From assembly GCA_025355595.1 (NCBI GenBank), contig JANXZI010000587.1, positions 1 through 44,006 on the forward strand: 44,006 bases of DNA, read 5' to 3'. Below, piece by piece: positions 35,649 to 43,625 of the stretch. This stretch comes from Spartobacteria bacterium (lineage in GTDB: Bacteria > Verrucomicrobiota > Verrucomicrobiia > Chthoniobacterales > Chthoniobacteraceae). How positions within the stretch are numbered: the stretch's first letter is position 1; every line of letters begins with the position of its first letter. The notes below the pieces were generated by a model. It was not told the DNA's origin. It ran no database searches and was given only the letters and a program-made list of their open reading frames with translations. Both the position numbers and the translations under genes were made by a program.

Positions 35649-36632
35649 TCAGTAAATCATCGCCTCCGCGGGCGGCTCGGCCTTTTCGATTTTCTCGGCC
35701 TTGAGCACGGAGATGCGGCGGCCTTTCTCCAGCGGGAAAGTCGGGGTACCGGTGATTTTCACCCACGTCATCTCGGGGAAGACCGGGAGCTTTTCCGCCT
35801 CGACGAGCGTGGCGACAGGGCGGGCGTCGGCGGCGCAGCAGGTCATAAACATGCGGACGGCTTTGAAACGGTTGCCGGCGGCGTTGTTCGAGGAGTCGGG
35901 CATGAACTGGCCGATGAGCTGCACGCGCTGGCCCTCGAAATCCTTGCGCAGCAGATTGTCCTGCGCGGCGTAGAGGAGATCCAGCACCTCGGCGACGATC
36001 ATGCCGTCGGGCGTGCGCGTGAGGTAGTCGGTGACATTGCCTTCCGTCGCGGGCGGCGGCGATCCGGCGGGCGGTGCGGGCGTCTCGGCGGGCGGAGGCT
36101 GGCTGCCGTCCTTGGTCGGCAGTGTGAGGTCGGCGGGTTTGCGGATAGCGGCAGTTCCGTCCGCAGGCGGCGGCACGGCGTTCGGGATCTGTTCGAGCGA
36201 GGTAGCGGTTGCGCGCTTTGCGGCGGTGTTCTGTGCGGCGAGTTTCTTTTGGTTCTGGTACTGTTCGCGCGCGGCAGCGGGAACCTTGCCGTAGTCATTT
36301 GCCGACTCACAGTTCTGGGTGCGCAGTTTGTCGAGCGCAGTTTTCGAGGCAAACGGCGCGAAGGCGATGGGCAGCGTGATGACGGCAAAGGAGAGGATTT
36401 TCCCCGATGTGCGGCGGCTCAGCCCGTGGCCGCACGCGGATCCCGCGCAGCAGCCGGCATCCATGCGCGCCAGCACCATGACGACGCCACCCGCGAGTAG
36501 CACGGTGGCAGCAATGAAGGCGTAGATTTGATATTCGCGAGCGAGGAGTCCCGCCGGGGCGAGCACGAGGATGGTGATTCCCCATGCGAAGAGCGTGACC
36601 GCAGGCAGCCAGCGGGAGAAGAGCGGGTTCAT
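35649..36632 (-). CDS. TIGR03943/DUF1980-family two-TM protein (partner of the upstream permease)
   Basis: Two N-terminal TM helices; a Cys cluster CCAGSACGH; a long Pro-rich linker; the C-terminal domain with RMFMTCCAADARPVATLVE, the family hallmark as I recall it. Confidence 0.8.
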   Translation of the reverse strand: MNPLFSRWLPAVTLFAWGITILVLAPAGLLAREYQIYAFIAATVLLAGGVVMVLARMDAGCCAGSACGHGLSRRTSGKILSFAVITLPIAFAPFASKTALDKLRTQNCESANDYGKVPAAAREQYQNQKKLAAQNTAAKRATATSLEQIPNAVPPPADGTAAIRKPADLTLPTKDGSQPPPAETPAPPAGSPPPATEGNVTDYLTRTPDGMIVAEVLDLLYAAQDNLLRKDFEGQRVQLIGQFMPDSSNNAAGNRFKAVRMFMTCCAADARPVATLVEAEKLPVFPEMTWVKITGTPTFPLEKGRRISVLKAEKIEKAEPPAEAMIY

Positions 36633-36647
36633 GGCGGGGAAGGTGCG

Positions 36648-37676
36648 CTATTTCGCGGCCGGTGCCAGAGCGGATTGCGCGGTGGGCGGACTGCCGTCGG
36701 ACGGTCTGCCCAGACGCTCGATGTCGCTCATGCGCCAGCAGATGAAGGCGATGATCGCGAACAGCATTGCCGTCATCACAAAAACGAAGCGCCTTTTGAA
36801 AATGAGTCCGTAGAGCCAGAAGAGCTTCAGATCGAACATCGGGCCGAAAACGAGGAAGCCGAGCTTCGACGCCATGGAGAATTGCTGGAACGCAGTCGCC
36901 GCGACAAACGCATCCGTGGTGCTGCACAGGCACAGCACCGCCGCGGCGGCCATGAGCACGAAAATCGAGAGGAGCGGCTCATGCGCAAACATGGTGATGA
37001 CGGGTTCCCTCAGGCCGATGCAAAGCGACGCGACGCTCGCGCCAATGACAAAATAGAATGCGACATCCAGAAAATCCGCCACCGCCGACTGCGCGGCGAG
37101 CAGCAGCCTCCGCCGGGGTGTGGCCTGAGCGGCGAACATGGCGAAATCCTGCGGCTCCGTGCCGTCGCCACCCGCGATGCGCAGGCCGGTGCGGCGCGTC
37201 TCCGGCTCGGCCGCCAGCAACGCGGGCTGGAGGATGCGCCGCTGCGGGATCCGCTGGATGATGAGCGCCATGAGCACCGCGACGCCAAAGCCCATGCCAA
37301 GCCGCAGCGTGGTGATGAGCGCGGCATCCTGCCCGGCAAACGCCTTCCACGTGCTGAGCGCCACGATGGGGCTCACGATGGGCGCGGCCAGCATGTAGGC
37401 GACGGCGCAGGCGGCCGGCATGCCCTTTTTCAAAAAACGCCGCACCACGATGACACTCCCGCATTCGCAGATCGGAAAAACGATGCCCAGCAGGGCGGCG
37501 ACGAACACGGCGGCGACGGGATTTTTCGGGATCAGCCGGGTGATGCGCGCGGAGGAAACATACACATCCACGAGCCCGGAGATGAGCGAGCCGAGGAGAA
37601 GGAACGGGATGCCTTCAAAAAGAATGCTGAGCAGCGCGGCGGAGAAGGCTCCGAGGTTGAGATTGAACCAGCTCAT
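36648..37676 (-). CDS. Predicted permease (COG0701 / DUF318 family)
   Basis: Polytopic: FEGIPFLLLGSLISGLV..., the conserved FPICECGSV (CxC) block, and a second half with LCLCSTTDAFV. Its stop lies 16 nt before the next gene start. Confidence 0.85.
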   Translation of the reverse strand: MSWFNLNLGAFSAALLSILFEGIPFLLLGSLISGLVDVYVSSARITRLIPKNPVAAVFVAALLGIVFPICECGSVIVVRRFLKKGMPAACAVAYMLAAPIVSPIVALSTWKAFAGQDAALITTLRLGMGFGVAVLMALIIQRIPQRRILQPALLAAEPETRRTGLRIAGGDGTEPQDFAMFAAQATPRRRLLLAAQSAVADFLDVAFYFVIGASVASLCIGLREPVITMFAHEPLLSIFVLMAAAAVLCLCSTTDAFVAATAFQQFSMASKLGFLVFGPMFDLKLFWLYGLIFKRRFVFVMTAMLFAIIAFICWRMSDIERLGRPSDGSPPTAQSALAPAAK

Positions 37677-37800
37677 CGTGCCGTGGTCGCGCGCGGTTCG
37701 TGGTGAAATGTCATGCTCATCATTCCGCGAAATGTCCGCGCACTTTGGGAAAAACGGATCCCGGGTTCATCTCCGAATGCTGCATCACGGAAAACAAACG

Positions 37801-37898
37801 ACCACGGATTACACGGATGGCACGGATGAAAAAGTGGTTCGCAATTCTTCTTCCGAAACAGCCGCGCCATCCGTGGTTGCAACCTTCCGCGCCATCCG
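37801..37898. repeat. Cluster of direct and inverted CACGGATG(G) units
   Basis: Plus-sense copies are accacggatt, acacggatgg and cacggatg (37801-37828). Inverted copies are ccatccgtggt (37867-37877) and gccatccg (37891-37898). It lies between the permease start and the rmuC stop. Confidence 0.6.
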
Positions 37899-37926
37899 AG
37901 GACTGCGGGATCCTGCGGAATTCGCG

Positions 37927-39396
37927 TCATGGCTGCGCCGGTTCGCTGGCACCGAGCAACTCCGGAGCCTGGAGGCTGCGCGCCATCTGTTCGAGCGGCT
38001 TCGGCTCCTCGATTTCCTTGCCGCCATTTGCCGCGTGCAACTCCTTGAATTTGCGCGCAGTCACAAAGACGCGCGTCTCGAGCGAACGCGTCGCATCGTT
38101 GTAGGCATCCACCGCGCTGCCGAGATTTCTTCCGACTTTTCCGAAGTGCTCGCCGAGCTTCGCCAGCCGCTCGTACAGCTCCGCGCCGAGTTCGCTGATC
38201 TGCTTGGCATTTTCCGCGAGCTTCTCCTGCCGCCACCCGTAGTGGACGGCGCGCAGCAGCGCGATGAGCGTCATCGGGGTCGTGAGCATCACGTTTTTCT
38301 CAGCGCTGAATTCGATCAGCTCTGGGTCGTGCTCCACCGCTGCGCCGAAGAATGTCTCCGCCGGCAAAAACAGCACGACGAACTCCGGCGCCTCGCCGAA
38401 TTGCTCCCAGTAGCTTTTCGCCGAGAGCGCCCTGATGTGTTCGCGCACGGCCTGTGCGTGCTCGCGGTAGGCCGCGGCGCGCACCGTGTCGTCCAGTGCC
38501 GAAATCGCGCGGTCGTACGCGCTGAAGGGCACCTTGGAATCCACGACAATCGTCTTTCCGCCGGGCATTTTTACGAGCATGTCGGGGCGCAGCCTGCCGC
38601 CTTCGCCGTCCGCGCTCTGCTGCTCGTAAAAATCGCAGTGGTCGTGCATGCCGGCCAGCTCGACGACCCGGCGAAGCTGGATCTCGCCCCAGCGCCCACG
38701 TGCTCCCGTCGAGCGCAGCACGCTCGCGAGGCGGCCCGTCTCGCCGCGGAGCTGCTGCTGCGTTTCGCCGAGGGATTTCACCTGTGCGATGAGCCCCTCG
38801 TAAGCGCCGGCGCGCGTCTTCTCGATCTCGTTCATCTGCGTGTCCACGCGCGCGAGCGATTCCCGAACGGGTGCGAGCAATTCGGCAATGGCCTGCTGCT
38901 TCTGCGCGAGATCGCCGGTCGCCTTTTCCTGGAATTTCCCGAGCGTCGCATGTGCGAGATCGAGGAATGCCGCGTTGTTCTTTTGCAACGCCTGCGCGCT
39001 CAGCGCGTGGAATGCGTCCGTCAGTTTTTTCTGCGCGTCATCGAGCAGCGCGAGCTTTTCGATCGCTTGCTCACGCTCCTCGGAAATCTGCATCTCCAAC
39101 GCCGCGACGCGCGAATCCCCCTCCCCTTTTGTCCGGCGCAAATCCGCCAGCGCCCGCTCGTGCTCTGCACGTTCGCCCTGCAGGTCCGCCACTCTCTCGC
39201 GCGCCGCCGCGTCGTTCGCCTCCGCCGTCGCGAGACTCTTCGTGAGCGTGAGTTTTTCCTCCGCGTGCGCGGTCTGCAGGCGCGCCTCAGATTCGGCCAC
39301 GGCACCGGCGATCCGCTGCCTGCCAAACAGCCACACCAGCCCAGCCCCCAGGGCGCCGCCACACAGCGTCGCAGCGATGATTGTCGTCTCGTTCAA
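37927..39396 (-). CDS. rmuC: DNA recombination protein RmuC
   Basis: N-terminal TM (TIIAATLCGGALGAGLVWLFG); a long coiled coil; then the RmuC core RGRWGEIQLRRVVELAGM...RPDMLVKMPGGKTIVVDSKVP...FVVLFLPAE...VMLTTPMTLIALLRAV. There is no in-frame ATG upstream of the TM helix. I place the start at TTG 39396 (AGGA 10 nt upstream); TTG 39414 is the alternative. The rest of track ORF 37927..40731 is antisense shadow. Confidence 0.85.
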   Translation of the reverse strand: MNETTIIAATLCGGALGAGLVWLFGRQRIAGAVAESEARLQTAHAEEKLTLTKSLATAEANDAAARERVADLQGERAEHERALADLRRTKGEGDSRVAALEMQISEEREQAIEKLALLDDAQKKLTDAFHALSAQALQKNNAAFLDLAHATLGKFQEKATGDLAQKQQAIAELLAPVRESLARVDTQMNEIEKTRAGAYEGLIAQVKSLGETQQQLRGETGRLASVLRSTGARGRWGEIQLRRVVELAGMHDHCDFYEQQSADGEGGRLRPDMLVKMPGGKTIVVDSKVPFSAYDRAISALDDTVRAAAYREHAQAVREHIRALSAKSYWEQFGEAPEFVVLFLPAETFFGAAVEHDPELIEFSAEKNVMLTTPMTLIALLRAVHYGWRQEKLAENAKQISELGAELYERLAKLGEHFGKVGRNLGSAVDAYNDATRSLETRVFVTARKFKELHAANGGKEIEEPKPLEQMARSLQAPELLGASEPAQP

Positions 39397-39468
39397 AGTC
39401 GCGCCATCCTGCAAAGGTGTCGCGATGCTGGCAAGGTCGGCGGTGTCCCGATTTTGCAGCGCGGTCCA

Positions 39469-39556
39469 GAAACCGCAGAGGAACACGGAGGCATTCACAG
39501 AGGAGCACAAAGCCTTCGTGATTCCTCTGCGCTTCCTCTGCGTCCCTCCGTGGTTC
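39469..39556. repeat. Intergenic imperfect palindrome (C[AG]C[AG]GAGG units)
   Basis: gaaaccgcagaggaacacggaggcattcacagagga (39469-) against tcctctgcgcttcctctgcgtccctccgtggttc (-39556), about 75% complementary. It sits in the divergent rmuC / TIGR03790 spacer. Confidence 0.55.
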
Positions 39557-39645
39557 AAAAAAGGGTCACTGCCGCAAGGGCGCAATGCCGCACAGCACGA
39601 TTGGTGGTTTTCTTTTCTGCCGGATTCGGCGATGCACGCGTCCCC

Positions 39646-42201
39646 ATGTCCGCACGCCCTGGAATATTTTCCGCCACTTTGCTCCACGCAAAAATCTGCG
39701 CGCTGCTCGCCGTGGGCATCCTGTGCGCGACCGGGACGGCCTTCGCCGGCGGCGGGCCGGAGAACACGCTCATCGTGGTGAACGCCGACTCGTGGGCCTC
39801 CACCTTCATCGCCAACGAGTACATCGCCGCGCGCCACATCCCGCCGGCGAATGTCGTGCGGCAGCACAATTTGCCGGACTTCGAGCGCATCGGCGTCGAG
39901 GACTTCCGCACGAAGATCCTCTCGCCGCTGCTGCGCACGGCGGAGCAGCGTGGGATCGCGCCGCAGATTGATTGCGTGCTCTACAGCGCGGATTTCCCGT
40001 GGGCGGTTGACGTGAGCCCGGACATGGCCGGCAAGCAGTTTTCCAAGGCGATCTCGCAGCCAGCGTCCATCAATGGCCTCACGTATCTCTACCAGCTCAC
40101 GATGGGAAAGAACCCGCAGTACCTCGGGCTGAACGCGAACTTTTACTGTCGCCAGCCACTCCTCACGCCGCACGAGCCTGCGTGGAGCGACGGAGATCGG
40201 AAAGTTTATGCGGAGGCTCTCGCCGCGCTTCGCGAGAAGTCGCCCGCCACGCCGGCGACTTCCGACAACACTGTCCCATCGCCGCCGAAGCTGTCCACCG
40301 ATCCGGCCACTGCCGACGTCACGCTCCAGCCGGCTTTGAAGAAGCTTCTCGAACTCAAAAAGAGCCACCCGACGAGCGCCGAGTTGCTCTACAATATTGC
40401 CTGCACCTTCGCGCGTGTCGGCAAACTCGACGACGCCGTCGGCGCACTCCGCAGCGCCGTGGACAACGGATGGTGGGACATGCGAGCCGCCGCCGCCGAT
40501 CCCGATCTCGCTGCCATCCGCAGCCGCGAAGACTTCGCCATCCTCGCGAAGCGCGCGAAGCTGACGAAAATCGAACTCGCGCCGACACTCGGCTTCCGCG
40601 CCAGCGCGGGATGGCTGCCGAACGGCCAGTGGGTGCAGCCGGACAAGGGCATCCACTACATGCTCTCCGCGGTGCTCGCCTGCACGAGCGGGCGCGGGAA
40701 TTCCGTGAATGAGGCGCTGGCGTCGCTGCAACGATCGGTCGCCGCCGACGGCACGCGTCCGAAGGGCACGGTCTATTTCATGCGCAACAGCGACGTGCGC
40801 TCGACCACGCGCGAGTGGGGATTTTTGCGCGCCACGGAAAAACTCCGCGACGCCGGTGTGTGGGGCGTGATCGAGGACGGCGTGCTGCCGTTAAAAAAAG
40901 GCGATGTCGCGGGCGTCACCATCGGCAGCGCCGATTACTCGTGGGCCGCGAGCGGAAGCACACTGCTGCCCGGAGCGATCGGCGACAATCTCACGAGCTA
41001 CAGCGGCGCGATGACCGAGTCGGACGGTCAGACACCACTCACGGAATTCATCCGGCACGGCGCGGCGGGTGCGAGCGGCACCGTCACCGAGCCATTTGCG
41101 ATTCAGGCAAAATTTCCCACGCCGTTCATCCACTGGCACTATGCGCAGGGCTGCTCGTTGGCGGAGGCATTTTACCAGTCGGTCGCGGGGCCATACCAGC
41201 TCCTCATCGTCGGCGACGCGCTCTGCTCGCCGTGGAAGAAGGATCTCACCGTGCTGCCCGGCGATTTGAAACCGGGCGTGATTTTGAAAGGCCGCGTCAG
41301 CATCCTGCCCACGTCGCGCTCCACCGACGGCATCACGGCGGGCGCATTTGAATGTTACCTCGACGGTCGCCGCGCCGCTGCATCGTTGCCGGGAAAGCCC
41401 TTCGACTTCAACACCGCCGACACGCCCGACGGCCCGCATGAAATCGTGATCGCCGCGCTCGGCACCGATGGCCCGCTCACGCGCGGCAGCGTCCGCATCC
41501 CGGTCGTGGTGCGAAATGGCGAAACGGAACTCCGCGTCAGCCCGCCACCAGCCTCCGTGCCGTGGGACCAGTCGCTCGAAATCTCCGCGCGCGCGCCCGG
41601 TGCAAAGGCGATCCTCATTTTTCAAAACCTCGATGAAGTCGCGCGCATCGAGGGCGAGAGCGGCGTCGCGAAGATTGACCCGCGGGTGCTCGGACAGGGC
41701 ACGGTGCGACTCCACACGGTCGCGGTGCTCGGCGATGCAAAGCACGTCACCGGCGAGCCAATCACCGTGAAAATCAAGCCGCCCGCCGCGCTCCCGCCGC
41801 CGCCCGCATATTCGCGGAAGCCGTATGCGGATGGATTCATGGTGACAAATTCCGAAGGCAAAAAAATGATCGTGCAGAAGGCCACCGACGACTGGCTGAA
41901 GACCGCGGGCGTGAAGGACGGTGAGACCTTCACCGTCGAGGCGTGGTTCCTCACCGCGACGGACGACGTGTATCAATTCCAACTCCACGGCGCATCGGCC
42001 CTGCGCCTCTCCGTGGACGGCCAGCCGCAGAACTGGCCGCACGGCAGCGAGTGGTGGTTTGTCCCCGTGCATCTCGCGCCGGGCCGGCACGCCGTGAAGA
42101 TCGAGGGCCGGGCCAATGCCAACCGGCTCGACGTGCGTTTCGGCGGCCCCGGTTCCCGGCGACTGGACGGCGCGCACTTCCAGCATCCGAACGACTACTG
42201 A
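39646..42201 (+). CDS. Secreted TIGR03790-family protein with a TPR-like insert and a C-terminal PA14-like domain
   Basis: ATG at 39646 gives the signal peptide MSARPGIFSATLLHAKICALLAVGILCATGTAFA. ENTLIVVNADSWASTFIANEYIAARHIPPANVV is the TIGR03790 N-terminal pattern as I recall it. SAELLYNIACTFARVGKLDDAVGAL is TPR-like. The C-terminus FTVEAWFLTATDDVYQFQLHGASALRLSVDGQ is PA14-like. The first 742 codons of track ORF 37420..42201 are shadow. Confidence 0.8.
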   Translation: MSARPGIFSATLLHAKICALLAVGILCATGTAFAGGGPENTLIVVNADSWASTFIANEYIAARHIPPANVVRQHNLPDFERIGVEDFRTKILSPLLRTAEQRGIAPQIDCVLYSADFPWAVDVSPDMAGKQFSKAISQPASINGLTYLYQLTMGKNPQYLGLNANFYCRQPLLTPHEPAWSDGDRKVYAEALAALREKSPATPATSDNTVPSPPKLSTDPATADVTLQPALKKLLELKKSHPTSAELLYNIACTFARVGKLDDAVGALRSAVDNGWWDMRAAAADPDLAAIRSREDFAILAKRAKLTKIELAPTLGFRASAGWLPNGQWVQPDKGIHYMLSAVLACTSGRGNSVNEALASLQRSVAADGTRPKGTVYFMRNSDVRSTTREWGFLRATEKLRDAGVWGVIEDGVLPLKKGDVAGVTIGSADYSWAASGSTLLPGAIGDNLTSYSGAMTESDGQTPLTEFIRHGAAGASGTVTEPFAIQAKFPTPFIHWHYAQGCSLAEAFYQSVAGPYQLLIVGDALCSPWKKDLTVLPGDLKPGVILKGRVSILPTSRSTDGITAGAFECYLDGRRAAASLPGKPFDFNTADTPDGPHEIVIAALGTDGPLTRGSVRIPVVVRNGETELRVSPPPASVPWDQSLEISARAPGAKAILIFQNLDEVARIEGESGVAKIDPRVLGQGTVRLHTVAVLGDAKHVTGEPITVKIKPPAALPPPPAYSRKPYADGFMVTNSEGKKMIVQKATDDWLKTAGVKDGETFTVEAWFLTATDDVYQFQLHGASALRLSVDGQPQNWPHGSEWWFVPVHLAPGRHAVKIEGRANANRLDVRFGGPGSRRLDGAHFQHPNDY

Positions 42202-42273
42202 GTCTTCTGCTCACGCACCCGAAGTGACGGCTATTTCGCATGGGCGCGATCCTTGCTAAGTCGAGCGCAGCCC

Positions 42274-43497
42274 ATGACCGAGTCCGCATCCAGACCAAGC
42301 GCATCGCGCGTGTATGTCCGCGCCGTGCTACTCTCGCTGCTCGTCGTGACGCTGCTGAAAATCATCTGGGCGCTGAACAGCGCGGGCAGCGTGGACATGG
42401 TGCTGTTTTATAATTTCGGCAAAGGCGTCGAGCAATACGGCCTCACCGAACTCTACAAGATGGACGAGAAGTTCAACCACACGCCACTCACCGGCGGGTT
42501 CGCGTGGCTGCTCTATCACATCGCGGGGAATGACAAGCTCATGTTCGCCTTCCTGCTCCGACTCGCCGGCATCATCGCGGATGTCGCGGTGGTCGCGGCG
42601 CTGCTCCGCTGGCGTGCAAAGCTCGGCCATCTCCCGGCGTGGTGGGCGCTCATCGTCTTCACCGCGAGTCCCGTGTCGCTCATGGTCTCGGGCTTCCACG
42701 GCAATGTGGACCCCGTCATGGTCGCGCTGCTTTTCCTTGCGACACTCGCGGCGGTGATCGAGCGCCCCGTGCTCTGCGGCGTGCTCTTTGGCCTCGCGGC
42801 GAATGTGAAGATCGTCCCGATCATCGTCTCGCCGGTGTTCTTTTTTTTCTGGCTCGGCCGCGCGAATCCCCTCCCCGGCCTGCTGCGATTCATGGTCGCC
42901 TCCGGCTCGGTGATGCTCGCCGGCTGGTCGCTGCCGCTCATCGTGTGTCCGCAGGATTACCTTCACAATGTCTTCGGCTACGGCAGCACATGGGGCGTGT
43001 GGGGCGTGCCGTATTTCCTGCGTTTCACCGGATGGGATGCGGTGCAGAAGATCGGCTACACCGGTCTCAGCACCGCGCAGAATGCGATCGCCGCCGTGCT
43101 GAAGGTGGCGGCCATCGGCGGAATTTTCACCGTGGGCTGGCTGCGGCGCAAAGCGAAGCCCGCCGAATTCGCCGCCACGGTCGGCATCGCGTGGCTCGTC
43201 TTCTTCATCTGCGCGCCGGGCGTGGGCGTGCAGTACATGGTGTGGCCCGCGCCGTTCCTGCTGCTGCTCACCGCGCGCGGATTCGCGGTGTTCACCGCCG
43301 CGGCCACGGCATTTCTGTTCGCGTTCTACCAGACCGCATCGGTGGACGCGCGCATGCCGTGGTTCTTCGCAAATCCCAGCAGAGCCGAGATGATCCCGCT
43401 CTGGAGTGCGTGGGCGATGCCCGCGTGGCTGGCATTCTGCGGCACCGCCACGGTGCTCGTGCGGCAGCGCTGGCGCGCCGTGCGGCAGGCCGTGTAG
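42274..43497 (+). CDS. Polytopic membrane protein, GT-C-type glycosyltransferase-like (DUF2029/GT87-like)
   Basis: ATG at 42274. There are about 10 predicted TM segments (LLSLLVVTLLKIIWAL, FAFLLRLAGIIADVAVVAALL, IVPIIVSPVFFFFWL ...). The early loop KMDEKFNHTPLTG resembles GT-C families. The family call is tentative. Confidence 0.7.
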   Translation: MTESASRPSASRVYVRAVLLSLLVVTLLKIIWALNSAGSVDMVLFYNFGKGVEQYGLTELYKMDEKFNHTPLTGGFAWLLYHIAGNDKLMFAFLLRLAGIIADVAVVAALLRWRAKLGHLPAWWALIVFTASPVSLMVSGFHGNVDPVMVALLFLATLAAVIERPVLCGVLFGLAANVKIVPIIVSPVFFFFWLGRANPLPGLLRFMVASGSVMLAGWSLPLIVCPQDYLHNVFGYGSTWGVWGVPYFLRFTGWDAVQKIGYTGLSTAQNAIAAVLKVAAIGGIFTVGWLRRKAKPAEFAATVGIAWLVFFICAPGVGVQYMVWPAPFLLLLTARGFAVFTAAATAFLFAFYQTASVDARMPWFFANPSRAEMIPLWSAWAMPAWLAFCGTATVLVRQRWRAVRQAV

Positions 43498-43625
43498 AGC
43501 GTGCCATACATTCTTCCGGCTTGATCCGCGGAGGGCCAACGGCCCGCGCCCATACCAGCCCGGGGCAACGCCCTGGGATTGTGGCGAAACGAGCAAAGCC
43601 CTGAAGCAACGCGCCCTCGCGGGTT

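Noticed and set aside
37420-39645. First ~742 codons of the 1593-aa track ORF 37420..42201 (+). Likewise codons upstream of about 39414 in the 934-aa ORF 37927..40731 (-).
   Set aside because: Both are open only because of high GC. The translations are Arg/Ala/His-rich with no motifs. They overlap the well-supported permease and rmuC genes (or the TIGR03790 gene) on the opposite strand and cross repeat elements. Real starts are at 39646 and about 39396.
1562-43596. Many long antisense or overlapping ORFs, e.g. 1562..2650(-), 2942..4111(-), 7108..8439(+), 9379..10296(+), 11300..12352(-), 12411..13922(-), 14629..16003(+), 15270..17312(-), 19829..21946(+), 30958..32427(+), 36528..37706(+), 40891..42186(-), 42328..43596(-).
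   Set aside because: Each lies opposite a gene with strong family motifs. Their products are dominated by Arg/Ala/Gly/His/Pro, which is typical shadow-frame composition in GC-rich DNA, and contain no recognisable domain.
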